From Rhizodiscina lignyota (taxonomy: Eukaryota): a stretch of DNA of 64,000 bases. The stretch covers positions 1,240,001 to 1,304,000 of the forward strand of contig ML978126.1 of the NCBI GenBank assembly GCA_010015805.1. Direction: 5' to 3'. The notes beneath the pieces are model-generated. The model was not told the origin of the DNA, ran no database searches, and saw only the letters and a program-made list of their open reading frames with translations. The translations under genes and the position numbers were made by a program. Shown here in pieces: positions 1 to 13,540 of the stretch; positions within the stretch are counted from its first letter, which is position 1, and each line of letters opens with the position of its first letter.

Positions 1-2757
1 TGGGCATATGCAAAACTGAGACCGAAGCTCTCGGGCGTAGCAGCTCCACTGTTCGCACTGTTCGCGATGCTGATTGTTGCCGTCTCAGGGGTGCTGCCTC
101 CACTGACTGAATTGTGGCGTCCGGTGAGGGTGTGTAGAGTGCTGCCCTGGGAACTCCGCCGTTGGATGACCCAGAGGATGGAATGAAGTGCGTGAATTAG
201 GATGAACTTGCTATACGCGTTTGTATCCCTCGTCTTGGCAGGGGTTGACAGGTCAAACAGTGAACGCAGCGCAGCTTGAAATTCCGGTTGCCTTGCTGAA
301 AGACTGCCGCTGGTGTTTTGAGTAGATTGAGCGTCAGGCCCATAAAGGCCAAGCATCCTTGCACAGTCCTCAGATGATGTCGCCTCCCAGGCCGCGTCGT
401 CGGAGGGTAGCCGGAGCTGAATTTCTGCAGGATCGAAGTGAGGAGGTGAATTAAAGTAGAGCGTGAGGGCCATGTCTAGGAGATAAAAGATGTATAATGC
501 TCGAGAGCGCTTCTCTTGCTCAATCCAGGAGAACCAGTCCCAGCTAGTATCGGGCAGTTGCGGAGCGGAATCCAGTTGATGAAGAACGCTGGGCTTAACG
601 GTGTGCGATAATCCTGTATGCTGAAGAAGGCCACAATAACGGCCAACTGCTGCAATGAGATGGAATTCCTCGCGAGCCTGGGCCCTTTGTGCTTGGTTGC
701 CATGCCAGAGAAACAGGCAGATGAGAAGGCCCAAAGCTTGTACCTCTTCGATTTCATAGTGACAGTTCATATCGGCAGAAGGCTTAGTTGAATTTTTGAC
801 TGCCGCAATTAAAGGTGAGGCTCGATAAACAGCAGTCTTGACGAGTTCCATCAACCACCGAACTTGGGGGACGTCCAATTTGTCAGAGTATACGGCACCG
901 ATGCAAATCATTCCTAGTACGAGAGCATCGCTTGCCGTACAAGGGTTGAAAGTTGGCATATGCAGCATCGGCCAGTGGCCTTGGTAGTTTTTGAATTCTT
1001 CGAGGAAATCGCGCACGTTTTCGGAAGTTAAAAGCTGTCGTAACCGAGCTTCGTTTTGGTGATCGTGAAGCTGCACGCCGGAATTCGAATATGTAATACA
1101 GAAAGAGATGAGTTGCGCAATCTTGTTCTCTACAGGGTCGTTCATATCCCACGCGCCAAAGTTCTGACGGGTGTTGAAGCCAGAGGGATCTGTGTAGAGG
1201 CCGCTGAAAGCATCGTCGTTGGTCGAGAAATCGTTATTGAGCAGCTGGCCGCCCGGCTCGACCTTGACTTTCGTCCAGTCAAGCGTGGCGTTGGGATGGA
1301 GCTGAGATGGATACTCGTTGTGGTTCCAACCCATGTCGTTGTGCAGCTGCTGCCCATTCTGTGCACTCTCAACATCAGCCTTTTGGAACGAAGATGCCAT
1401 CGGACCCCCTCGATCCTGCTGATGGTGATGAGTATGCTGACCTTCCTGTTGTAACATATTCTGGGCAGCCTCTTGAGCTCCATAGCCACCATAAGCATGC
1501 CCGTTTTGCAGTCCATTTTGAACAGTGTGGACTGGTGACTGGTTCGTCGACATAGTACCAGACTGTGTGCCATTAGGCATCATCGATGGGAGAGCGCCGG
1601 GAGTCGAAAAGGCGCTGTAGTTCTCGTAGCCACCGCGCGAAGTTGAGATTTGCTCAAGCGCGGACATGCTCCTACGATTCTCTAAAAAAGAGTTCGCTGG
1701 GCGTGCGACGCTGTTCGAACGCGAGTTTCTGGCTGAACTCGGATGCATGCCATCAGGATAAGATTGTTGAGGCATCATTGATGGCATTTGGCCCATCTGG
1801 TTGACAGATCCATCGTAGACTGGCGAAGGATTGACGGGGTTCAGAAAATGAATATTCTGCGTAGTGTCGATTGACTGGCGGTTCTTTTGAAGATGCGCTC
1901 GCGATCCCTCCAGATGATCCATGTCTCCAACAACGCCTCGGCGAACAGAGCATTTCTGGAAATGTCTCTTGAGGATGTCACTGCGTGAGAATGTATCCTT
2001 GCACAGTTTACACATGTACGGTCTGTCGCCAGTGTCTGTGATGCGTTAGAAATAATCAGTAACAGGAGAAAGGAGATGTCCACGTACGTCTTAACAAGTG
2101 GCGTTTTAGATGCTTTGCATGCTGGTAGGTCTTGGTACAATGAGGGCATGGATATTTGCCGTCCTGATCTTTTTGTGGTACAGTAGACTTCACATTGCCC
2201 GGAGCACGGCCAGGAGCACTTGGCAAGATACCTCGTCTACCTTGCTGTCCAACTACGTGTGTTGGTTCTGGGTCACCAGGATTTCCTGGGACAAGCATCT
2301 GGTTCGGCATTTGCTGTTGCTGAAGTTGAGCTAATAACGTCGAGCCATCTTGTGGACGAGGATGGATTGCTGGCAGTCCTGCAGAGCTACTTGCCGGAAG
2401 GCCTGAAGCCATTGCTGTGGATGCTGGTGGCATCATGGACTGCGACATGTTCATGTACGGGCCAGCTTGACTGTACGCGCTCATCTGTTGAGGTGCCCTT
2501 TGAGCTTGTGGCGCCAACTGCGGCAGGCTGGAAGGCTGGTGGCCTTGCGGTGTTGATGCGTATGAGGCTGTTGTTGTGGCAGGATGCTGTGACATGCCGA
2601 CGCTGTAAGAGGGGTACTGAGGGACTGCCCCGTTAAGAGGGGGAAGCGTGTGGGCATCGCCCTGGTTGTCGGGCATACGCTGTTGCATGCTGCTAAGGTG
2701 CGCACTAGGAAGGCTGTGGTGTGTGGGAATACCGCCTATCTGGTACGAGTTGTCCAT
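1..2757 (-). CDS. C2H2 zinc-finger transcription factor with C-terminal fungal-specific TF domain (RfeC-like); 3' end runs off window
   Basis: ATG at 2757. YPCPHCTKTYQHAKHLKRHLLR is joined across intron 2036-2087 (GTACGT..CTAAC..CAG, phase 1 in the His codon) to HTGDRPYMCKLCKDTFSRSDILKRHFQKC. The frame stays open to position 1 with HWPMLHMPTF and WIEQEKRSRALY..LRLPSDDAAWEA. Confidence 0.9.
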
Positions 2758-5700
2758 AACGATGAGCTAGGGTGTCGACAACGACGAGACGCAACACACA
2801 ATCGCGAGGATGTAACAGCCCATTCGACTTTCAAAATATGTGCGAGAGAAAAAGTTGACGGTCAATGGCAGAGGCCGACGTCTCGCTTAGTAGTAGGCTG
2901 CGGAATATCGAGGCAGATTAGTCGCGGTCGCGTAAGGCTCGTTCGAGGAAAACGTGGTCGGGCGTCGATGACAGTACAGTGGAATCTGAGATGCAGGATG
3001 GCGGCCAGCGCAAATCAGGAAAGCTCCACACGGTAAGGTTCGCACTGAGGCCGCAGGATTCTGACAAAGGTCGATGATGCTCCACGCTCGATGGAATTGA
3101 GGGTCCTTGCAGGGCGATCGTGTGGACCCACTTGAGGCGCGGTTCCTGAGCGTTGGATGTGGGGAAGTCGCAATTAAGGCCCAGTCGAGTCGCACCGTGA
3201 ATGCAAAGTAGATGGCGCTTTTGCAGGCGAGCTGGCGAGGGCGGCGCAGATAATAGCAAATGGAATTGGCGAAATGGTGGTGCGGCGGGATGACGCGGAA
3301 TCGGACGGTCTATCAGGGTTGGAGGGCCAGAAAGGAGGTGCTGTGGTAGTGGTACAGTGTATGGGATCGCGAGCAACGGTGGCGCAGGCAGCAAAATGGC
3401 CGACAGGCTGGAGAGATGGTGATAACGGGCGAGGTGGATCGGAAGGGACTGGGGGCGGTCGCGCGGTGTGAGTGGTGCTGCTTGCGGGAATGGAGTTGAG
3501 CGTGAGGAAGAGCGTTGGCGTCGAGCTGCGAAAAGTCTACGTGCAGAGGCAGTTGCGTGTCTTGGCATCTAAAATCCGACAATGGGCCGGTGCTGCGCCG
3601 CTTCCGGCTAGCGCGCCATTGCCTGGTGGGAGGCTACCCTACCGCAGCAGCCTCGCAGGCCTCAGCGCTCCCCGTCTCACACGCCCGTTCCTTGCTCGCT
3701 GCACGCCTTCCGCTCTATCCACTACTGCTGATGGCGCACACTGAAGACGTGAATGCGCAAAGCGATGCTGCACTCCGTCTGCAGCGAACTGCTCTCCCGG
3801 CCTTGTAGCGGGCGTCGCGGAGCGAAAAACCTGCCTGCCCTCCCAGCGCGCTAGCGACATGCCCGCCAGGTAGGGGAGCCACGCCACGCACGCAACGGCC
3901 GTCCCTGCCAATGCTGCCCTGCCCACCACCATGCACCGCGCAGAGCTCAACACCACCGTCACCACTCCGTCCAGAGTGACTCCTCTGCCCTCGCTCCGCG
4001 CTGCAGCACTAGGGACAGGCGAGCCACGCGCCATTCCCGTCCCTCGGCCGGCGCTCAGCCCGCCACGGCCGACGCAGGCCGGAGAGAAAATTTCTTGCGT
4101 CCCAACAGTGACGGTGCGTGGTTACGGTGCTTCACGAGCGTGCAATCGTGCAGCACGCCTTGATCGCTGGGCTTGCGCAACCAGAACGCCACCCCGCGAG
4201 CCATTCCCGACTCAGCCTGCCCAACTAGCTGCCGTTCTGCCGATCGCTGTGATCGCTTGCCTAACTTTTAACGCCGGCCATCCGACGTGCTCTTACTCGC
4301 TGCGACCCTCGCACGCTCGCCGTAATCATCTCCCTCACCACACTGGAATGCTCAATCCTCTCGTCCCCCTCCAGTCAATTGGCACAACCGTGATGTCCGG
4401 CGCCCCCTCAGATCATGTATAGAAGCTCGAGAGAAGCAGACGCGCCTGACTCGCTTCTGAAACGCTCTCCGCACCCGAACGCGTGGACAAACCAAGCGTG
4501 ATTCGTTTGCAAGCTGTGCCAGTTCGAAACGTGCCAATGGCCGTCCGCCGCTCTGTGGGTATGGATATTGCTGGCACATGGCTCAATCTAGGTCGAGCGT
4601 ATTATGAAAGCAGGAACCTGGCTCGGTCGAATGTCGAGCGCTCCTCATCCGGGACACTAATCACCAAAATAGATGATTCGACGGTGTGTCTGATGTGTGA
4701 ATCGTATCTTCGCAATAGAAGGGCTTGCGCGAATATTGGTAGAGCTCAGTACGGAGTACGTAGTCAGCATTGGATCGTCGCGCCGTGCGTGAGCACTGGC
4801 CGCTGCTCGTGGCACGGTGGCCCGGGACAGACATCATCGCTTCGCAAAATACCCTGTGGCAGGATAGGGCGTCATGAGTGTGTAACAGAGAGCCTATTAA
4901 CCTGCAATCAGCAGCCACCGTGGCCTGTAAAGTAGCATTGATCCTGCTTTAGCCCAGGCATGATTCGGCATTCTGAGGCCAAAGAGAACATTCCTACATC
5001 CTTAGCCCTGCAACGGTGCAGCAATAGTCACGCCAACGCCAAAGATGATATGCAGCTCATTAGCCGGTACCTAAGTACCTTTCTGCTCAACAGCTGATCA
5101 GCGATGCCTTGCTGCGGCTCGGATTACCTTCCACAAATCCTTCTCGGCCCGAGCTGATAAGATTTTCCAGCGTAAGGGAGCTGATGGCGAGCTCGAGATA
5201 ACCGAGCCTGAACTGTTTTAGCATCCGAGCAATACCTAATAAAGTGTCCGAAGCTGAGACGATCTTATACAGTCCAACATGGCCGGAGCCGATATAGAAA
5301 CAGTCAGGATGCTTCCGTCTTGAGCTGGATTTTATTTCAACCTCTCACTATTTGTGGCATGGAGCGCGTCATGAATCCGAATGAAGCATCGTGCATTCCT
5401 CGTTCGCATTCGCATACCGGACGAAATGGCTCGCCACGTTCCGGATCATCACCTGAGGCTGAGCGGCATCTTTCCGCGGCCTGTCTCGTCCTTTTCAGCC
5501 GCCTTCGCTATCCTATTCCAGAAGTGGTCGAGTCAGGGAGCTCGCCTCCCTTGCGGCACAGAACAGCTTTTTCTCGACGGTCAACATCGGCCTCGGATTC
5601 CTAGCCATGCTTTTCGCCGAAAAGATGCATCCGAAACGAAGAGCGCAGTACTAATCCATCTACGGAGTAGTGATCAGAAATATACTTCTTACCATAAGTA

Positions 5701-6940
5701 GTACGGCCCCTGAGCTGATTTTGTCGTTCACGTCGTGTCAACTCATAGCTCTCTTGCCGGAGAACGTGCGTTTACTCAACTCCGTAATCGTCTGCCATCT
5801 CGTACTCTATGCAGCAGTCTGTTCGATTTTGGCCGTCTGATGCCGAATAGGTATGGTCCAAGGCACATGCAGAGACGAAAGCTCTCCTTGAGCTGAACTG
5901 ACGCGATCCTGCGATTCCAAAGACCTTCTGCGAGCGATCGTAAGGAACCGAGTTTCACTTCTCTCAAAAGGTCCTTCTGAATTCAAATTGGCTGATCTGC
6001 AGCTTACAAGCGGCAGCCGAGGGTGCCGATGCACAGCAATATCGAATATTCTAATTTCGACACCATTGACAGTTCAAAAAGCACTACTAATCGAAATATC
6101 AGTGTCTCTCTTTGTGCGCAAGAGCTCGCGTGAGCCAATATACACCATGCTTCCCCCAGCTGGAAGCTAACTTCCAAACGTGCTGGCACGAGCCGACACG
6201 ATCCGCTACACATGTTTCCTCGCCATCTCCGGCCTTCCAATTGGGACTCCACGCGAGCGAGCCGACATGGCATAGACTCCGCGTCCGCGTACCGATCCCA
6301 GGACATGCCTTTCGGACCGGAGGCCCGTTGCTGTGTCACCACAACCAGCCTTTGTTTCCCGAAAACCCGGTCTACGGCCTTGCTCACTCCCGCCGCCACT
6401 CAGCATATCGCCGCCACGGTGTTTTCGTATCGCAGGAAGTTGTCGTCGAGCTGACCGAAACGATTCAGTGGCGGAGTCACATCTTGGCTATCCGTGACCA
6501 GTACGCATCGTAACTTGCTACCAATTACAGTGCTGCTTTGCGTAGATCGAAATTCCCTGGGAAAACTCGAACCAGTCTGTACTAAGCAGTGTCAGCGGAT
6601 ACGGAGAATTTTTCTCGGCTTCAAGGGCTCGTCATAAGCGCCAAGCATTAGGCGAAGCCTGGGGAAGATATTCATGCAGTGCGGATCCGCAGAGACTACT
6701 TCGACTTCGATTCCCATTCGCCTCCATGGCTTTGGGTGTTGGAATCAATTTAGGCTTGAAATACCGGATATATGCACAGACTTCCAAACATGCACGGTTT
6801 AGGCCAATGAAAAATATCACGCCACAGACGGAGCCGGAGCCGCGAAACTTCTCAAGGTTCGTATCTGTATCAGCTGAAGATACTGCCAAACCTAGCCACG
6901 GGTCGTCATTAGGTACTATACGTACTGAGGATATTCAACC

Positions 6941-7696
6941 TCAAACCCATATACCATCGATCCAAGATTCCCTCCACGCCTCCATACCCTGCCCCGGATA
7001 TCCCTCAGGGATAGCCCAAGGCCTCTTATTGAACGCTTCAACGACCTTCACGATATTTGGATAGCCCTTCGCCAGATCAACGCCATACGTCGAAATGCAG
7101 AACTGCCACGTCGCGAACAGAGCGCAATCCGCCATCGTCGCCACGCCTTCTCTCCCGCTGCTCAGGGCCCCGACATCAGAGATGGAAGGGAGAATGTTGT
7201 CCAGCTTAGCCGTTACTGGCTCTGTTCGCGCTTTCATCTCCTTTGCTGATTGCGGCGCGGCCGATGACCTCTTCAGCTTATCAATGTATTCCTGATTCCC
7301 GAACATAACCGTCACCCCGAAGGCCTCGAAGATTTCCGATACCCAGTACGTCGCTCCGCGAATCTGGGCGCGTTGAAGCTGTCTACCTCTCATCGACGGC
7401 ATCGAGGTTACTTCGGGGTGGGCGTCGCAGTAGTCTTCGAGGTACTCGATGATCGCGACCGACTGCCAGAGCCACTCATACTCTCCTGGCTTGTCGTCCT
7501 TCGGGATCGCCAAGATAGGCACCTGGCCTTCTGGCACCGGTGGGTAATTGTTCTTCTTCGCGTGCTCGTCAGACGTCACGATCGTAACGACGGACGAGGG
7601 TATCTTCTTCTCCTGGAGGTAAACGATGACGCGCCGAGGGCAAGGGGCGAAGATGTTGGTTCCCCAGAGGAAGGCGTAAAGGAGCATAGGAGCCAT
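6941..7696 (-). CDS. Glutathione S-transferase family protein (251 aa, intronless)
   Basis: APCPRRV N-terminal motif, GQVPIL cis-Pro loop, WQSVAIIEYLE, TMADCALF N-capping box. Confidence 0.85.
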   Translation of the reverse strand: MAPMLLYAFLWGTNIFAPCPRRVIVYLQEKKIPSSVVTIVTSDEHAKKNNYPPVPEGQVPILAIPKDDKPGEYEWLWQSVAIIEYLEDYCDAHPEVTSMPSMRGRQLQRAQIRGATYWVSEIFEAFGVTVMFGNQEYIDKLKRSSAAPQSAKEMKARTEPVTAKLDNILPSISDVGALSSGREGVATMADCALFATWQFCISTYGVDLAKGYPNIVKVVEAFNKRPWAIPEGYPGQGMEAWRESWIDGIWV

Positions 7697-8751
7697 GCCG
7701 TGAGTTTTTCAAAGAATGATGCTGTCTTGATTTACTATATTGCATACTTGACGTTTCACAAACTTATATGGCCCTGCTCGGAGACTTTTTGGAAACATAT
7801 TCAGGTACCCATGAAGATACCTCCGGTAAACGAACTATCATATGTGATAGGTGTGTTCGACACATGCGGTCTTGCGACGAAACTACGGGGATTCGGCTAG
7901 TAACAGCTAAGGTTGTCAACCTGAGCAGTGTAGTTTGAGGGGAGATTAGAGTACTGTGATGACGGCGAAGAGGCCGACTCTTTCAATCCGGATCAGTGGA
8001 TTGGCCTTTTCGTTGATCTATTATTCAATCTGAATTCAATCTGAGACCAATCAATGTCGAATACCCGGCTTCTGACGTTAGCCGTGTATGAACCTGAGAC
8101 TTTTAAATTTTTCTTTTTTGTCGCTCTAAATTACCCTCTTTAAATTCGTACATCGTTCAGAGGAATTGCTTTGTCGTTCACTATTATTGTGGAGCCTCGG
8201 CATGGCCACAGCATTTGCGGGATGAACTCCTCAAACTTTTGTGGAGAACTAGAACAAGTTTAATTGGGGAGATGAGTATTGCCATGACATCAACTTCATC
8301 AGTGAAATTTTGAGGCTCAGAGACTTTTTAATTTTTAATTATTTGCCAATGGCGGAGGAGGCCTCGTGCTTTGAAATCAGCTGCATACCTTGGGTATTGA
8401 AATAGAAGCCATAATTCTCTACGACGTCGTGCAAACAACCACACCAACAGTCGAATGCGCCTCTTCCGAATAAGAACAGACTTCTAGTCGTCCTGTCGCC
8501 AGTGCTAACCCCGAAATTATGTGGATGTGCGCCTGGCGTTCGAGGGTCCATGGGAAAGTCTTGTTTGTCATAAGCTTCGTTGATCCGAATCCTTCATATG
8601 CAAGCCAACTACGTATGACTTCACTTCCAAGTTCTTCATCCATTCAGCAGTCGACGCCCAACTCGGAAGTACTAAACGTGCCCATCGGTCCCCTACTCCC
8701 ACTCATGATGTTCTATCATCGATATCCCTCTGCTCGTAGCAGCGAGTCAGG

Positions 8752-10177
8752 ATGGACCACATCATCCACGCTGGCGTGAAAGGTATCACCAAAAGCATTG
8801 CAGTCACCTCAGAAGCCATTGCAGGTCGTAAGAAGAATGGCTCGGACAGTTCGAACGGCCATGCCAATGGCACGGAACGCCATCACGATGAGGATCTAAA
8901 TCGGACGGAGCTGGAGTGGGAACTGGACGAAATCGCCGCCGAGCAAGATCCGCCCAGTTATGAAGCGGCGCTCAATGGAGGCCCAGTGACTGCGACGACT
9001 GCGGAACAAGTCTCTCAGAGGTCCTTGAACACGCATCAGAATGCTACCGCACCGCCTAAATACACTCCGTGTCCTATCACACAGGTCATTTTGCTCCCTC
9101 AACGTCGACCCAAAGACCGCAATCGTGGCTTCGTGAGAGCGTATCCCCCAATTCTGGGCGAGGTAAACGGGATTTATCAAGACATGTTTCTGGACTTCAT
9201 CACTGAATTTGACAAAGCCTTGCAAGCGTCTCCAAAGTTTGATGTTATCAACATTGCGTCCTTTGGGGTCGGCCATGTACCCACTGCGGTATGAAGCCTT
9301 CCGTTCAGCGTGGTTGGAGAATGCGAAAGTACTTATCTGATCATAGATTTGTCTCCTAGCCAATCCTAGAGAGGGTACTGCTAATGGCGGTGCGGTACAG
9401 GACGTGCAAGTCCACTACAGATCGAACGAATATCTCGACCGCATTAACGACACGCTCTTCAAACCCCGCGGTCTCTTCGCAATGGTCACGACGTACAAGC
9501 CCGAGCTGGCGGACGACTTAATCCTACAAGCCAACACAACGAAACCGACCGTCTCGATAACGAAGCCTCCGGAAGACCAGTCGAGGACAAGGCAGACGCT
9601 CAAGCGTCTCCGCCACTCGTTCGGCGAAGCAGGCAGCGACGTCCAGCTCCCCGAATTCGCGCCGCTCGTCTACCCGTCGCTTGATCATGCACTGACGTCG
9701 CAAGCGCTGCCGCAGAACACGATACAGCGCAATTACGCGGCGGTGAACGACTACCTGGACCGGCGTGCGCAAGTCGACTTCGTGATGTCGAATCGGGACT
9801 TGGAATTCGCAAAAGCCCTTCCGCCGCAGAAGAAGTTCGTCAATCGCTTTTGCGATCCGAACCATCCTGTGAACAGCGGCTCCCTCTTCGGACTCATCAC
9901 CGGTGGCACGTTTGATCCCATCGCCATGGGGCGGGTGAGAAGAGCAGAGTCAAAAGCCAAGAGAAATGGTGAAGCGCCGCTGACGGAGCAAGAAAAGCAT
10001 GATGCCTACATGGGCAGACAGGTCAGAGGGAGAGTGACTGGGACGCCGTCGAAGAAGGTCCCGATTTTGTCGAAGATGCTGAAGCATGATGTTTTGTATT
10101 TGATTATAGTCAATATGCCGACGGAAGCAGAAATGGAAGAGGTGAGGCAGGCGCTAAGGAGCGCGCAAACAGGTTAG
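8752..10177 (+). CDS. Conserved fungal hypothetical protein (2 exons)
   Basis: ORFs 8752-9294 and 9404-10177 are joined by a phase-0 intron from GTATGA at 9289 to an acceptor at 9346 or 9400. Blocks LLPQRRP..RGFVRAYPPIL and FCDPNHPVNSGSL look like a recurrent fungal family. Confidence 0.7.
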
Positions 10178-10344
10178 TTGGCAATGTACACGTCATTATT
10201 CTAAGTTGGCCGAATCTGAGAAGCCTATACACTGACTTTAGCACCTCTTTCATCGTGATGTATTCGCTCGTACACCGCCTGTGCTTTCATGCTCGAGCAC
10301 CTGTACAACTCCTTGTTGAGCCACTGCCCCGGCTTGGTTCGGCA

Positions 10345-11394
10345 CTAATAAGCAGCTTCTTCATCTTTGCGCATCTGACGGCAAGCCTCTTCCTCTTCTT
10401 CACCAACGTGTTCATGGAAGCGACACCAGTCTAGTGTCTCAGTTGAGCGCGTTGCGCTATCCTTGTTTGCTGGGTCTAAGCGCCTCTGCCCAATCTCCCA
10501 GAACACTTCCGTCAAGAACGGACGCGGAAGATCATCGCGCTTCTCCCTCGCTACTTCGCCCGTAATCGGTTTCGAGCTCCAAATAGCCGCGTAAGCACTG
10601 ATGATTAATCTTGCGAGCATCGTAGTAGGGGGAAGGTTGATGAAGACCTTTGTAATGAGATCGAAGTTCGGCAAGAGCTCGTATGCGCCGCCACCAAGAC
10701 AGCATTGTGAGATTAGTGCATCAATAAGGTCATTGCGGAGCTGGCGAGTATCGTAGCGTCGGGCAAATATGTAGAAGTCCACTAGGGCAGAAGCTGCTTC
10801 ATCGAAATTCTGTTGGGTAGCTGTCCAGAAATCGACAACGAGCGGAGTGTCGTTGGGAGTCTCTTGCTCCTCGTGGTTTGTCTCATTGTCAATCTCGCTG
10901 TCAGTTGCTTCTTCCCTATTGTCGTTGTCCAACCAGCTGAAGTCCTCGTCCTCACCATCGGAAACCTCCACATCACTTAGTGAAATGTTGGAATCATAAG
11001 ACCCGTCTGCGCTATCGCGTTCGATATCCTGCCAGGCCCAGCCGGGCTTCGGCGCTCGAAGGTTGACGTGCTCCATCCCAGGAAGTCGCAGCTCCCTAGT
11101 ATGAAGCCAGTGAATGTAGGCTCGAAACGTCGCAACATCCTCGTTCAGATCAAGTACCCTGTCCATTCCTTCCTCGGACTTGATGTTGAACGCATCGCGA
11201 AAATAATCCGAGAAACGGAAGAGCAAATCTTCGTAGAGCTGAAAGGTCTCTCGTCCAGGGCCCACTTTTATAGTGACGACGCGGTAGTTGAGATTCCTGG
11301 CGAACCCGTGTTAGAAATGATTGTGAAATCGCAACATTATACAACGTCGAGCTCAGAAAACCCAGAAGACTGACTGGAAGAAAGACTGATCCAT
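10345..11394 (-). CDS. BTB/POZ domain protein
   Basis: Exon 1 MDQSFF(Q), phase-2 intron 11297-11374, then VVTIKVG..EDLLFRFSDYFRDAF..FRAYIHWLHT, an acidic insert, LVDFYIFARRYD and C-terminal WCRFHEH. Confidence 0.85.
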
Positions 11395-12082
11395 GATGAC
11401 GCTGCTCTGTCAAACGAGCGCAGAACGTTTAATTGCCTTGTTGGCTCAAGGCCCGGCATCAGGCATGGAGGGAGATGCTTGGAGGTACGTAGTCATTGAT
11501 AGGCACGCGTCTGCCTACCCAGCCTCCAGGTAGGCTTGGCGGTGGCGCCGTCAGTGCCCGTCCATCCATCGACACCACAAAACCAGAAGCGAAATGAAAC
11601 TCTGATTCCACGGCGCTCAGCTAGAAGCCTTGCATGTTGGAGTGATGGAATAAGTCTGCCAATCCCATGCAGTGCGACTCGAATGAGATTCGTATATAAT
11701 CTTCTTCATAACATAGACATTCCCAAACCTTGAAAGTTTTCGGAGGTGGTAGTCCGCAACTTCGTCTCGAACTCCTTCACATGGCAGGATGGAGATGGAT
11801 CAGGAAGGCTGAACCAATCCTAATAAGGCTAGACCTCCCGTCTCTGCATCACACGCGATCGCGTTCCCGTATCTACAGGGGTTAAGGAGGTGCTCCCATC
11901 GGTATGTACTTCTGTCCTTACCATAAAAGCTCCATAATTCGCTTTACTGTGTAATTGCCCCGCCTATCTAGTCATCATAGTCTTTGCTTCGTACAATTTA
12001 ACTCCACGTTTAGCTGCCATTCACCTAAGGTGACAAAAGTTTTCCATCGAGCACGTCGAAATTGCATCCGAACATCCTCGCA

Positions 12083-13115
12083 ATGACCGTTCCGGAACAC
12101 ACGAGAAAGCGGAAGCGGCAGACCTTATTGTAAGAGATTCCTAGGCTGCTCATCTTCGCAAAGCTAATTCAACTAGCTAACTACATCCAGAGACCTCACA
12201 GATCACACAATCGTCTGCGTGAAAGTCGGCTTAGACGCACATCCCATTTACGTCCACCGCGAGATCATCTGTAGCGTCAGCCAATACTTCGAAAACGCTT
12301 TCAAGCATGGCTTCCACGAATCGAAAACAAATGAGCCCCTTCTAGAGGACACAAGACTGCAGACCTTCCAGCAGTTCCTGCATTGGCTTTACACAGGACA
12401 AGTCAGTCTCAAACGTTCCGCTGACGAAATCCCGGGAGTTATCGTCGATGACAGGGAAGAATATGAAAGTGGAGATGATAGAAGTGAGGACTCCGAGACG
12501 CAAGTCGACGATGAAACGGATGAGCCCAAGTCACAACTTCCCGTTTCCGAGGACGGGGACGTCAGAGCGGAGATCGATCATTTCCTCTCAGGACCTACTG
12601 AGAGTGTTTTCGCAGGCATAACTCCTACTCGCTTCGCCGAAATCTCCATTGCGCTGCTGGACCTCTACATTTTTGCCCATAGATATGACGTGAAATTATT
12701 GAGACGGGCAGTCATCTCTGCCTTGCAAGCTGAGCAGACTTACGGAGATGAGAATCTGCACTGGCCCGTCGTGTTCAAGGCATTTCACTACCTGCCTGAA
12801 ACATCGCCTATGTGTCAATATATCATCGAGGATGTTGCACACGGTACGGATTTCGATACACAGGGTAAATGTTTTCGAAGATATCACCCATTTATCCCTC
12901 ATGAGCTCCTCCTTCAGGTAGTGATGCGACGCGGTAGAAAGCCAAAGGTGTTCAGACTCTATGTATGCCAGTTCCATGAGCACGAGGGGGACGAGTCTGA
13001 CATGGCATGTTCACCGGATAAAAAGCAACTAGGCTTGCCGGAGATGGAGGCTTTGAGGAACGCTAAAAAAAAGGAAGCTCGAGATCGCAAAGGTCTAGAT
13101 ATAGACTTAGAATAG
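12083..13115 (+). CDS. BTB/POZ domain protein
   Basis: ATG 12083, phase-2 intron 12130-12190 (GTAAGA..CTAAC..CAG), IVCVKVG..VHREIICSVSQYFENAF..FLHWLYTG, an acidic insert, LLDLYIFAHRYD and VCQFHEH. Confidence 0.88.
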
Positions 13116-13540
13116 CCAGTAACATAGCTCAGTATCGCCTAACGCCGCTTGCATGTATCATACGTCGAGAGTGATAACAAAGCTAGCCTCAACTTTGAAG
13201 GCACTGAACAGCTGAGGTGTAAAAATCCTAAAGAATATAGAACTGAACTTTCAGAGATGGGCTTGCTTATCTTAAAGAATAAGAGCTACTCGGCCTTAGA
13301 TGCTACAGTTTTGCTCGGCGACTTGGGTATATACCCTCTATGATAATATAGCATTCAAAGTTTCTAAGGGCCATTGCGATTGAATTGAAATTCCGACATA
13401 TGCGAATATCGTACTCATTCGTCGTTTCCGAGAGAGAGAAGCGGAAATACAAATCTTCGGAGGTCCAAAATATGAATTTATACTCCGTACTCCGTACGAA
13501 TCAGCCACATTTGTGGCATTAGTCATCGGATATATATATA

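Noticed and set aside
2758..4950. Many overlapping 65-216 aa ORFs upstream of the RfeC-like TF
   Set aside because: GC-rich, low-complexity Pro/Arg/Ala translations with no domain motifs; consistent with a long promoter/5' UTR.
5300..6520. Protein-like fragments on the minus strand (e.g. LDHFWNRIAKAAEKDETGR, GQLDDNFLRYENT)
   Set aside because: Broken by several stops with no recognisable family; possibly a decayed gene but not supportable without a search.
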